The position numbers and the translations under genes were made by a program. From NCBI GenBank assembly GCA_963678065.2, contig CAXXVZ010000003.1, positions 32,001-96,000 of the forward strand: a DNA stretch of 64,000 nucleotides, given 5' to 3'. Shown here one piece after another: positions 28,918 through 37,010 of the stretch; position 1 is the first letter of the stretch; each line of letters starts with the position of its first letter. Under the pieces are notes generated by a model that saw only the letters and a list, made by a program, of their open reading frames with translations, was not told the DNA's origin and did not search any database. The DNA comes from Treponemataceae bacterium (GTDB lineage: Bacteria; Spirochaetota; Spirochaetia; Treponematales; Rectinemataceae).

Positions 28918-30348
28918 ATGGCAGCATTCCCGCGATTCATGATAGCCGCGACCCATTCAGGGGCGGGCAAGACGAGCTGGACTCTCGGCATTCTGGCCGC
29001 CCTCGCGCGAAGAGGGCTCAGCGTCCAGCCTTTCAAAGCGGGTCCCGATTACATCGACCCCAGTCTGCACTCCCTTTTGTCCGCCAGCCCCTCGCGCAAT
29101 CTGGACACCCGGCTCGTATCCGGACCCAGGATCCGGGCGCTCTTCCGCGCACATGCTGCAAAGGCCGACATCTCCCTCGTCGAGGGCGTCATGGGCTACT
29201 ACGACGGCGCGGGTCCACACGACGATTCAGGTTCGGGGGCGAGCCTCGCGCGTCTTCTCGATCTTCCTGTCTTCCTCATAATCGACATCTCAGGCACCAG
29301 CTCGAGCGCGGCCGCCATGGCCCTCGGCTTCATCCGCTACCGCAGGCCTTCGCGGATCGCCGGCTTCCTTCTCAACCGTGCCGGCAGCGAAGCCCATTAC
29401 CGGCTCGTCAGGGAATCGGTGGAAATGGCGACAAGGCTCCCTGTCCTCGGCTATCTCCCGGCCGACCGGGCGATATGCCTGCCCGAACGCCATCTCGGAC
29501 TCGTGTCGGGCGCTGAAAACGCGGAATTCTCGCGGATCGCCGGCCGGCTGGCGGACTCTGTCGAAGAACATGTCGACCTCGACGCGATCCTCGCGATAGC
29601 GCGTTCGGCTGTCGATCCTGGGGCCGGCTCGCGCGAATCCTTCCTCCGGGCATCTTTTCCCTCACTGCCGGTCGCGAGGATCGCGGTGGCTCGGGACGAG
29701 GCATTTTCCTTCTATTATGAGGACAACTTCGACATCCTGAGGCGCCTGGGCGCGGAGCTGGTCTTTTTCAGTCCGCTGCGGGACGCCGCTCTGCCCGAAG
29801 CCTGTACGGGACTGTATTTGGGCGGGGGCTATCCGGAACTCCATGCCGCGGATCTCGAGGCCAACATCGCGATGCGCAAGGCGATCCGCGACTTCGCCGA
29901 CGCAGGTTGCCCCGTGTTCGCGGAGTGCGGCGGGTACATGTATCTCATGGATTCGATCGTCGTCGGCGACGGTTCAGCCTGGTCCATGGCCGGCGTATTC
30001 CGCGGCCGGGCCATCATGGGAGAACGGCAGGCGGCTCTCGGCTATCACGACGCGGTGCTGCAAAGGGATTGCATTCTCGGCAGGGCCGGCGACCGCCTCG
30101 TCGGGCACCGCTTCCATTGGTCGAGGATCGAGGCCGGAACCGCTGCGGGGCCCGGCTATGAAGCCGGTGCGGCCATCCTTGTGTCCAGACCCGGAGGGGA
30201 GCCTCTTCCCGACGGTCTGGTGCGAAAGGCTGTTTTTGCCTCCTACCTCCACATCCACTTCGCAAGCGACCCCGCCCCCGCGCGCAACTTCATCAAAGCC
30301 TGCGCCGCCTGCCGGCGCAAAGAGGAGTGGAGAGCCGGGATAGTTTAA
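28918..30348 (+). CDS. cobB: Cobyrinate a,c-diamide synthase
   Basis: SGAGKT, FKAGPDYIDP, EGVMG, PERHLGL, GGGYPE, AECGGYMYL, YLHIHF. Confidence 0.93.
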   Translation: MAAFPRFMIAATHSGAGKTSWTLGILAALARRGLSVQPFKAGPDYIDPSLHSLLSASPSRNLDTRLVSGPRIRALFRAHAAKADISLVEGVMGYYDGAGPHDDSGSGASLARLLDLPVFLIIDISGTSSSAAAMALGFIRYRRPSRIAGFLLNRAGSEAHYRLVRESVEMATRLPVLGYLPADRAICLPERHLGLVSGAENAEFSRIAGRLADSVEEHVDLDAILAIARSAVDPGAGSRESFLRASFPSLPVARIAVARDEAFSFYYEDNFDILRRLGAELVFFSPLRDAALPEACTGLYLGGGYPELHAADLEANIAMRKAIRDFADAGCPVFAECGGYMYLMDSIVVGDGSAWSMAGVFRGRAIMGERQAALGYHDAVLQRDCILGRAGDRLVGHRFHWSRIEAGTAAGPGYEAGAAILVSRPGGEPLPDGLVRKAVFASYLHIHFASDPAPARNFIKACAACRRKEEWRAGIV

Positions 30349-30384
30349 TTCGGGGTGGGTTCATACCCGCGACTCACTGCACAC

Positions 30385-30413
30385 TTGACTACTACATATG
30401 TGTGTAGTATAAT
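30385..30413 (+). promoter_or_regulatory. Near-consensus sigma70 promoter overlapped by a palindromic operator
   Basis: TTGACT-N17-TATAAT; TACTACA-N6-TGTAGTA at 30390-30409. Confidence 0.75.
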
Positions 30414-30430
30414 GATTCGTGGTGTGTGAA

Positions 30431-31915
30431 ATGACGACAATCGACAAGATCGGCATCCTCGCGGATGCGGCCAAATTCGACGCCTCCTGTTCGACTGCGG
30501 GAAGCGCCCGCGCGAACACGCCCGGCGGCACCGGAACAGCGGCCGTCGGTGGCATCTGTCACGCCTGGTCCGCCGATGGCCGCTGCGTCGCCCTCTTCAA
30601 AGTCCTTCTCTCCAATGTCTGTTCTTATGACTGCGCCTATTGCGTGAACAGACGCTCAAACGACATCCGCCGCGCGACCTTCGAGTCCGGTGAGCTGGTC
30701 CGCCTCATCGTGGATTTCTACAAGCGCAACTACATCGAGGGGGCCTTCCTCTCTTCGGGCGTTCTTGGCTGCCCCGATGCGACGATGGAGCGATTGATAT
30801 CTGTCGCCCGAACTCTCAGGACCAGGGAGCGATTTAGCGGCTACATCCACATGAAGGTCATACCTGGTTCCTCGGAGGTCCTGGTTCTGGAAGCCGCGCG
30901 TTGGGCTGACCGAGTATCCGTCAATATCGAGCTCCCGAGCGCCGCGAGCCTCGCGCGCGTCGCTCCCGACAAGACTCCGCGCTCCATCTTCGGTCCGATG
31001 CGGACCTTGGCCCGCGCGAGCGGATACGAGCCGAAGAATCTCCTGCCTGTGAACCCGCGGACCTGGCCCGATCTGCCTTCCACCTCAGAGAGTCGGCAAG
31101 AGCTGGCAGTGGCGGAGCCTGAGCCTCTCTACGACGGCAGGAGGAGCCCGCAAAGTGTCATGGATGCCCGGATGGACCGCACCCGGAACCCGGGCGCGGC
31201 CATCCTCCCCGCGGGACAGACTACCCAACTCGTCGTAGGCGCCAGTCCCGAATCCGATGCGACGATCCTGAATCTGGCGGAGAATCTCTATCTCGCCTAT
31301 GACGTGCGGCGTGTCTATTACTCCGCCTTCATCTCCACGGGCGCCGACTCCCGCCTGCCTGCCCTGCCCGGACCGCCTCTTGCGCGCGAGCACAGGCTCT
31401 ATCAGGCCGATTGGCTCTTCCGCTTCTACGGATTTTCCGCCGCCGAGATCCTCGATCCGTCCAGGCCCTTTCTGGATACCCTTCTCGATCCGAAAAGCGA
31501 TTGGGCCCTCCGCAATCTCCACCTCTTCCCCCTCGAGATCAACACGGCCGAATACCGCGATCTTCTGAGAATCCCCGGCATCGGTCCCCGCTCGGCGTCG
31601 CGCATCGTGAGGGCGCGACGGAGAAACCTGCTTCGCGCGGAAACCCTGCCGTCTCTCGGTGTGGTGATGAAGAGGGCGCGGTGGTTCATCACCTGTTCGG
31701 GGAAGATGCCCGGCATAGGTACAGGCACAGATAAGGCGGGCAGGCGGGATTCCGGGCCGCATCTGCGGCCGGAAAATACCTCCTGGATCCGGGAGCCCGC
31801 CCGTCCCGGCCACATGCTGGACAAGCCGGCCGAACTGCGCCGGATTCTCGCCGATCCCATCTCCCGGAACGATCCCTCCCCTCAGCTCGAATTCCTCTGG
31901 GATGGCGGCGCATGA
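30431..31915 (+). CDS. Putative DNA modification/repair radical SAM protein (TIGR03916-like)
   Basis: LADAAKFDASC, GICH, CSYDCAYC, REHRLYQADWL, HhH motif LLRIPGIG. Confidence 0.9.
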   Translation: MTTIDKIGILADAAKFDASCSTAGSARANTPGGTGTAAVGGICHAWSADGRCVALFKVLLSNVCSYDCAYCVNRRSNDIRRATFESGELVRLIVDFYKRNYIEGAFLSSGVLGCPDATMERLISVARTLRTRERFSGYIHMKVIPGSSEVLVLEAARWADRVSVNIELPSAASLARVAPDKTPRSIFGPMRTLARASGYEPKNLLPVNPRTWPDLPSTSESRQELAVAEPEPLYDGRRSPQSVMDARMDRTRNPGAAILPAGQTTQLVVGASPESDATILNLAENLYLAYDVRRVYYSAFISTGADSRLPALPGPPLAREHRLYQADWLFRFYGFSAAEILDPSRPFLDTLLDPKSDWALRNLHLFPLEINTAEYRDLLRIPGIGPRSASRIVRARRRNLLRAETLPSLGVVMKRARWFITCSGKMPGIGTGTDKAGRRDSGPHLRPENTSWIREPARPGHMLDKPAELRRILADPISRNDPSPQLEFLWDGGA

Positions 31916-32832
31916 GGGAGACCGGAGAAACCGGGATCGGAGAATACACCGTCGCGAACCCGGACTCCGGGCAGTGCATCCTTGTCCATGACGGCAGTTT
32001 TCCGGGATTCCTCTGCGCCGTGGCCGAGGCCATCAACCGCGGCCACGCGGGTTTTCCCCTTCCTCTTGTCCGGAGCAGGGCCGAGTCCGGGGAGCTTTTC
32101 GATGAGCCCCTCGTCATCCCGCGCGACGACCTACGCGCGGCGCGACTCTGGGCTCGCCTGTCCCGGAGGGCGGGAGAGGCGGCTCTTCTCACTTGCTTCG
32201 AGGCTTTCTGTTCCGATCTTGCGGGGAAGGAACCAGCGATCTGCCAGGTTCTCGTCAGAATGCTGAAGGAGGGAGGGATCGTGCTCGACGATCTCTCCTG
32301 TCCCCATGTCGGCCTTGTGGAAAAAGCCGCTATCAGGACCTGCGCCCAGGTCCGTCTCGTGACAGGTCTCCTGCGCTTCGCGGAACTCGTGGACGGATCC
32401 TGGTATGCCGGGATCGAGCCTGAATGCAACATCCTCACCCTGATCGCCGATCACTTCGCCGTCCGCTTCCCTGCCATGAGCTTTGCCATACACGACAGGA
32501 AACGGGGAGAGGCCATCCTCCACCATCCGGGGAAGCCCTGGCGCCTTGTCTCTGGCTTTTCCATTGGCCTCCCCGCTGGCATCCCTTCTGGTTTTCTCCC
32601 CGATGGCAGCGCTCAGGAGGCCTTCTCCGACGCGAATCTCCCCCTCTCCGCGGAAGAGACGATGCTCCGCACGAGCTGGGCCCACTACTTCTCCTCGGTT
32701 GTAATAAAGGAGAGGACGAATTTCCGCCTCCAGGCCAGTCGCATGCCGAAAAAGTACTGGAAAGACCTGCCCGAAATGCAGGTGCCGCCTGGGCATCAAG
32801 CCCTGTGTTCGACCATCTCGCTCGTCGAGTAG
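31912..32832 (+). CDS. Putative DNA metabolism protein (TIGR03915/DUF4130-like)
   Basis: DGSFPGFLCAV, GLLRF, HFAVRF, IHDRKR, MPKKYWKDLPEM; coupled to the radical SAM gene. Confidence 0.85.
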   Translation: MRETGETGIGEYTVANPDSGQCILVHDGSFPGFLCAVAEAINRGHAGFPLPLVRSRAESGELFDEPLVIPRDDLRAARLWARLSRRAGEAALLTCFEAFCSDLAGKEPAICQVLVRMLKEGGIVLDDLSCPHVGLVEKAAIRTCAQVRLVTGLLRFAELVDGSWYAGIEPECNILTLIADHFAVRFPAMSFAIHDRKRGEAILHHPGKPWRLVSGFSIGLPAGIPSGFLPDGSAQEAFSDANLPLSAEETMLRTSWAHYFSSVVIKERTNFRLQASRMPKKYWKDLPEMQVPPGHQALCSTISLVE

Positions 32833-34397
32833 AACCTGATGGCCGGATAGCGCTTGCGGAAATAGTCGAGGGCCCAGGGACCCTCCGTCATGAACACGAA
32901 GTTCTCCCGTATATCGACGAGAACCTTGCGCATATTCTCCTCGACGAAGGTATCCAGGTCCTCCGGATCGTCGGCCGTCACCCAGTGCGCCATCGTGAAC
33001 TCGAGGGGCTCGTAGGCGCAACTCGCGCCATATTCGTGCTCGAGGCGGTACTGCAGCACTTCCAGCTGGAGCTGACCGACAACGCCGAGAACGCGCGCGT
33101 TCGGCCGGTGCGGCCGGGAGAAAATCTGCGCCACACCTTCCTCGGCGAGCTGATTGAGACCCTTGGTGTACTGTTTTTCTTTCAGTGGATTCGTGTTCAC
33201 GATGGCGCGGAAAATCTGCGGCGCGAAGCTCGGGATGCCCTTGAACGACAGTCCTTCGCCTTCCGTGAGCGTGTCGCCGATCTTGAAGGTCCCCGTATCA
33301 TGCAGACCGATGATGTCGCCCGGCCAGGCCTCGTCGATGATGTCGCGGTCCTGCGCCATGAAGGCCGTGGGGTTCGAAGTCCGGAAAGGCGTTCCCGACC
33401 TGACGTGGTAGTAGGTTTTGTTCCGCTCGAATTTCCCCGAACAGATGCGGAAAAAGGCGACGCGGTCTCTGTGCTTCGGGTCGAGGTTCGCGTGGATTTT
33501 GAATACGAAGCCCGTCATCTTCGGCTCTTCCGGATAGACCTCGCGCTCGTCGGAGGATTTCGGGGTGGGGTAGGGCGCGAGGGCGACGAGTTTGTCCAGA
33601 AGCTCCCGCACGCCGAAGTTGTTGGACGCCGAACCGAAAAACACCGGGGTGATCTTCCCCTCGAAGTATTCTTCCGCGTCGAAGGGCGGGTAGATCTCCG
33701 AGAGAAGGGCCGCGTCTTCCCTGAGCCGGGCAGCGAGGCTGGAGCCGACGTGGCGGTCGAGCTCGGGATCGGAGAGCTCGGAGATATCGACGGTCTCGAC
33801 CGGCTTCGTGACTTCCCCCGGATGGAAGAGGTGGAGGGTCCTGTCGACGAGGTTGTACACGCCCTTGAAAGCCCTTCCCTGGCCGATGGGCCAGGTGACA
33901 GGTCTCACCTCCACGGCGAGCTCCCGCTCAACCTCGTCCAGAAGCTCGATGGGGTCCTTCCCTTCGCGGTCGAGCTTGTTGATGAAGGTCATGATGGGGG
34001 TGGAGCGCATGCGGCAGACCACGCAGAGCTTGCGCGTTCTCTCCTCGACACCCTTCACGGAGTCGATGACCATGAGGGCCGAGTCGACTGCGGAGAGACC
34101 GCGGTACGTGTCCTCAGAGAAATCGGCGTGCCCCGGCGTGTCGAGAAGGTTGATCTTGCGCCCGCCGTACTCGAATCCCATGACCGAAGAGCTGATCGAG
34201 ATGCCGCGCTCCTTCTCCATCTGCATGAAGTCGGAGACGGCAGCTCTCGTGTTTTTTCCGCTCTTGACGGCGCCGGCGATGTGTATCGCCCCTCCGAAGA
34301 GAAGGAGTTTCTCGGTGATCGTCGTTTTTCCCGCGTCAGGGTGAGAGATGATCGCGAAAGTCAATCGCTTCTGAATTTCCTGGCTGAGTTCGGTCAT
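32796..34397 (-). CDS. prfC: Peptide chain release factor 3
   Basis: FAIISHPDAGKTTITEKLLL, DTPGHADFSEDTYR, NKLD, FKIHANLDPKHRDR. Confidence 0.96.
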   Translation of the reverse strand: MTELSQEIQKRLTFAIISHPDAGKTTITEKLLLFGGAIHIAGAVKSGKNTRAAVSDFMQMEKERGISISSSVMGFEYGGRKINLLDTPGHADFSEDTYRGLSAVDSALMVIDSVKGVEERTRKLCVVCRMRSTPIMTFINKLDREGKDPIELLDEVERELAVEVRPVTWPIGQGRAFKGVYNLVDRTLHLFHPGEVTKPVETVDISELSDPELDRHVGSSLAARLREDAALLSEIYPPFDAEEYFEGKITPVFFGSASNNFGVRELLDKLVALAPYPTPKSSDEREVYPEEPKMTGFVFKIHANLDPKHRDRVAFFRICSGKFERNKTYYHVRSGTPFRTSNPTAFMAQDRDIIDEAWPGDIIGLHDTGTFKIGDTLTEGEGLSFKGIPSFAPQIFRAIVNTNPLKEKQYTKGLNQLAEEGVAQIFSRPHRPNARVLGVVGQLQLEVLQYRLEHEYGASCAYEPLEFTMAHWVTADDPEDLDTFVEENMRKVLVDIRENFVFMTEGPWALDYFRKRYPAIRFYSTSEMVEHRA

Positions 34398-34452
34398 GGC
34401 GGTCAAAACTACCCCGATCGGGGCTTTTGGGCAATAGGAAGAACGAAGGGGC

Positions 34453-34481
34453 TTGCTATTATCGTAAAAATACGATATAGT
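34453..34481 (+). promoter_or_regulatory. arsR promoter containing ArsR operator 1
   Basis: TTGCTA-N17-TATAGT enclosing the palindrome TATCGTA-AAAA-TACGATA (34460-34477). Confidence 0.7.
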
Positions 34482-34487
34482 GTAGAT

Positions 34488-34838
34488 ATGAAAGAACAGT
34501 CAGAGCATCAAAACATCCGGAGCTTCCGGCCAATCCCCCGCGCGTGCTGCACGCTCGACATAGACGGGGACGAACAGGCCCGGTTTGTCAGGATGTTGAA
34601 AGCCCTCGGCAATCCCGTGCGCTTTGAGATCGTCAAGTTTCTCGTAACCCATCCTGGATGCATCACGGGCGAAATCGTGGATTCTTTGCCCTTGGCTCAG
34701 GCGACGGTTTCCCAGCATCTCAAGGTGCTGCGCGGAGCCGGATGGATATCGGGCGAAATCGAAGGGCCGGCCGTCTGCTACAGCCTGGACAGCGACACTA
34801 TCGCCTGGTTCCGTTCGGTCGTCCAGCGCATTCTCTGA
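34488..34838 (+). CDS. arsR: ArsR/SmtB-family metalloregulator
   Basis: KALGNPVRFEI, LAQATVSQHLKVL; N-terminal CC plus a Cys before the HTH. Confidence 0.85.
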   Translation: MKEQSEHQNIRSFRPIPRACCTLDIDGDEQARFVRMLKALGNPVRFEIVKFLVTHPGCITGEIVDSLPLAQATVSQHLKVLRGAGWISGEIEGPAVCYSLDSDTIAWFRSVVQRIL

Positions 34839-34924
34839 AGGCGCTCAGCAGGCCTGGACTGAGAGCTCGCGCCGTTCCAGAACCATGAGTCCGTCGATTG
34901 TAAGCGGGCGATTTTTAAACGAGT

Positions 34925-34945
34925 TATTATCGTAAAAATACGATA
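34925..34945 (+). promoter_or_regulatory. ArsR operator 2, an identical 21-bp copy
   Basis: TATTATCGTAAAAATACGATA, identical to 34457-34477 and abutting the permease SD. Confidence 0.7.
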
Positions 34946-34956
34946 AAGGAGTGAAT

Positions 34957-36057
34957 ATGTACGATTTTCTCGCTTTCGCCCTTCCCCTCATGGGGAAGAA
35001 TTTTCTCCACGTTCTTCCGCTCATTCTCGTCACCGTACCGCTGGCCCAGTGGCTCAAGCGATCGGGCCTTTCCTCTCGTTTCGTTCCGGCGCTGAGATCG
35101 AGGCCGATGATGGCGATTCTTCTCGCCACGATCGCGGGTGCATTTTCGCCGCTCTGTTCCTGCGGAGTCATCCCCGTCATCGCGGGCTTCCTCAGCGCGG
35201 GAATGCCTCTCGGACCGGTCATGGCCTTCTGGATAGCTTCTCCGTCCATGGACCCGGAAATATTCGTGCTTTCGGCCGGAGTTCTCGGCCTGCCCCTCGC
35301 CATCGGGCGCCTGGCCGCGACGACACTGCTGAGCCTCGCTGCGGGCTTTGGGGCGCATTATCTCGAAAAAAAAGGTATTTTCGGAGCGGAAGGCTTGCGG
35401 ATTCCCGGCGGAAACCGTGAAGTCGCGAACGCCGACTCAGGCGGGCTTAAAGTTGCCGGCAGCTGCTGTGCCGCCGCCGGGCCGACTCTGTCACCGCAAT
35501 CGCCGAGAGGAGCTCAGGCATTGAAGACCTGCTCCTGCTCCCTTCCGCAGACGCGCGACTGCAGTCCTGCAGATTCCGGAAACGGAAAGAGCATCCCTGC
35601 GGGCGAACCTGAAGGTGAAACGGGCTCGCGGTCCAGGCTCGTGGGGATCGCGGTCGATTCCCTGAAGGAACTTCCATCGCTGATGGCGATCATGCTCCTG
35701 GCTTTTTTCCTCGAGACGGTCATCGTCAAATTCCTTCCCGCCAACCTGGTCTCATCCGTCGCGGGATCGGAGTCGCGTCTGGGCGTCCTGTTCGCCGCAG
35801 CCATCGGCGTGCCTCTCTACGTGACCAACCTCGCCGCCCTCGGCATAGTCCGGGGACTCCTGGAGAGCGGGATGTCGGGCGGCGCAGCCCTTGCCTTCCT
35901 CGTCGGCGGCGCGGCGACGACGATCCCCGCGATGACCGCGGTGTGGGTCCTCGTCAAGCCGAGGATCTTTGTCTACTACGTCGCGACAATCTTCGCAGGA
36001 GCGCTCGTCGCGGGATACGGGTGGAACATTCTGGCCGCCGTGATCAACCTTCGATGA
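34957..36057 (+). CDS. ArsP/DUF318-family permease
   Basis: PLCSCGVIP, GMPLGPVMAFWIASP, GVPLY, GAALAFL; Cys-rich central insert. Confidence 0.85.
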   Translation: MYDFLAFALPLMGKNFLHVLPLILVTVPLAQWLKRSGLSSRFVPALRSRPMMAILLATIAGAFSPLCSCGVIPVIAGFLSAGMPLGPVMAFWIASPSMDPEIFVLSAGVLGLPLAIGRLAATTLLSLAAGFGAHYLEKKGIFGAEGLRIPGGNREVANADSGGLKVAGSCCAAAGPTLSPQSPRGAQALKTCSCSLPQTRDCSPADSGNGKSIPAGEPEGETGSRSRLVGIAVDSLKELPSLMAIMLLAFFLETVIVKFLPANLVSSVAGSESRLGVLFAAAIGVPLYVTNLAALGIVRGLLESGMSGGAALAFLVGGAATTIPAMTAVWVLVKPRIFVYYVATIFAGALVAGYGWNILAAVINLR

Positions 36058-36064
36058 TGATGCG
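36043..36064. repeat. Left 22-bp direct repeat (att-like)
   Basis: ATCAACCTTCGATGATGATGCG, identical to 54914-54935. Confidence 0.9.
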
Positions 36065-36074
36065 CGGCCTCGTC

Positions 36075-36389
36075 TCATCGTTGACCAGCCAGCGAGGTCT
36101 CGAGTCGGGCCAGCCGGTCCTCGAGCCTATCGAGCGCATCCGGCAGGGCTTTTTCGCTTTTGGCCCGGGAGCACAGGGCGGGATTGTTCACCCACCAGTC
36201 CATGCCCATTTCCTTGGCCTTATCCACCGAGCAGATAACCAGGCGAATCTGGATCGTCAGCAACTCGACATCGACAAGGTTGATCCTGATATCGCCTGCG
36301 ATGACGATGCCCTTGTCCAGAACCCGCTCGAGAAGGTCCGCCAGGTTCGTGCTTCCCACGGAATTCGTGACTCTGCGTGTTTCTGCCAT
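36075..36389 (-). CDS. gvpJ: Gas vesicle protein GvpJ (GvpA/J/M family)
   Basis: LADLLERVLDKGIVIAGDI...VELLTIQIRLVICSVDKAKEMGMDWW. Confidence 0.9.
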   Translation of the reverse strand: MAETRRVTNSVGSTNLADLLERVLDKGIVIAGDIRINLVDVELLTIQIRLVICSVDKAKEMGMDWWVNNPALCSRAKSEKALPDALDRLEDRLARLETSLAGQR

Positions 36390-36403
36390 TTTTCATCTCC
36401 CAT

Positions 36404-36781
36404 TTATAGAAGTTTTCCCAGAGGGCCCAAGTCCAGATTCAAATCTTCATCCTCGAGACCGAACTCGCCGGCGATCCTGGTGAGCACCTCGGATTGTTGC
36501 ATGAGGGTCAGTCCGAGTCGCTCGATCTCGGCATCCGTGAGATCGCCCCCGTCGATCCTCCGGAGCGCCTGTTTTTCCAGGAGTTCGTGGAGGAGCTTGA
36601 CCACTGTCAGGACCAGTTGAGCCAAGCCGTCCTTCTTTTTTTCATGATCCATATCCAGACGGCGGGGCGGCAACAGCGCGCTGCCTGCCGTCATTGTTTT
36701 GGCAAAGTCTCCTATAGCGGGAGAATCCACCATCGATTCGACTGCGGGATACGCTAAAGAATCATCGCTGATGTTCATCAT
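36404..36781 (-). CDS. gvpK: Gas vesicle protein GvpK
   Basis: LAQLVLTVVKLLHELLEKQALRR, EIERLGLTLM, LNLDLGPLGKLL. Confidence 0.92.
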   Translation of the reverse strand: MMNISDDSLAYPAVESMVDSPAIGDFAKTMTAGSALLPPRRLDMDHEKKKDGLAQLVLTVVKLLHELLEKQALRRIDGGDLTDAEIERLGLTLMQQSEVLTRIAGEFGLEDEDLNLDLGPLGKLL

Positions 36782-36969
36782 GTCTGGCTTTTTCCCTTCC
36801 TGGCTGTTTCCACGGAGGATACGATCACCTGCAAGCTCAGATAGATCAGATCGATATCGGCAACGGAAATTATTGCCTCACCGACAATTACAGCGCCTTT
36901 GTTGAGAATCCGGTCCAGGGCCTCGCAGAGGCTCACATGTTCTTTTTCAAGGGCGAAGTCATCGGGCAT
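36778..36969 (-). CDS. gvpS: Minor gas vesicle protein, GvpS-like (GvpA family)
   Basis: LCEALDRILNKGAVIVGEAIISVADIDLIYLSLQVIVSSVET. Confidence 0.8.
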   Translation of the reverse strand: MPDDFALEKEHVSLCEALDRILNKGAVIVGEAIISVADIDLIYLSLQVIVSSVETARKGKSQT

Positions 36970-37010
36970 GCTGCCCCCTCCGGCTGGAGTGCGTTCCACA
37001 ATTCATCATT

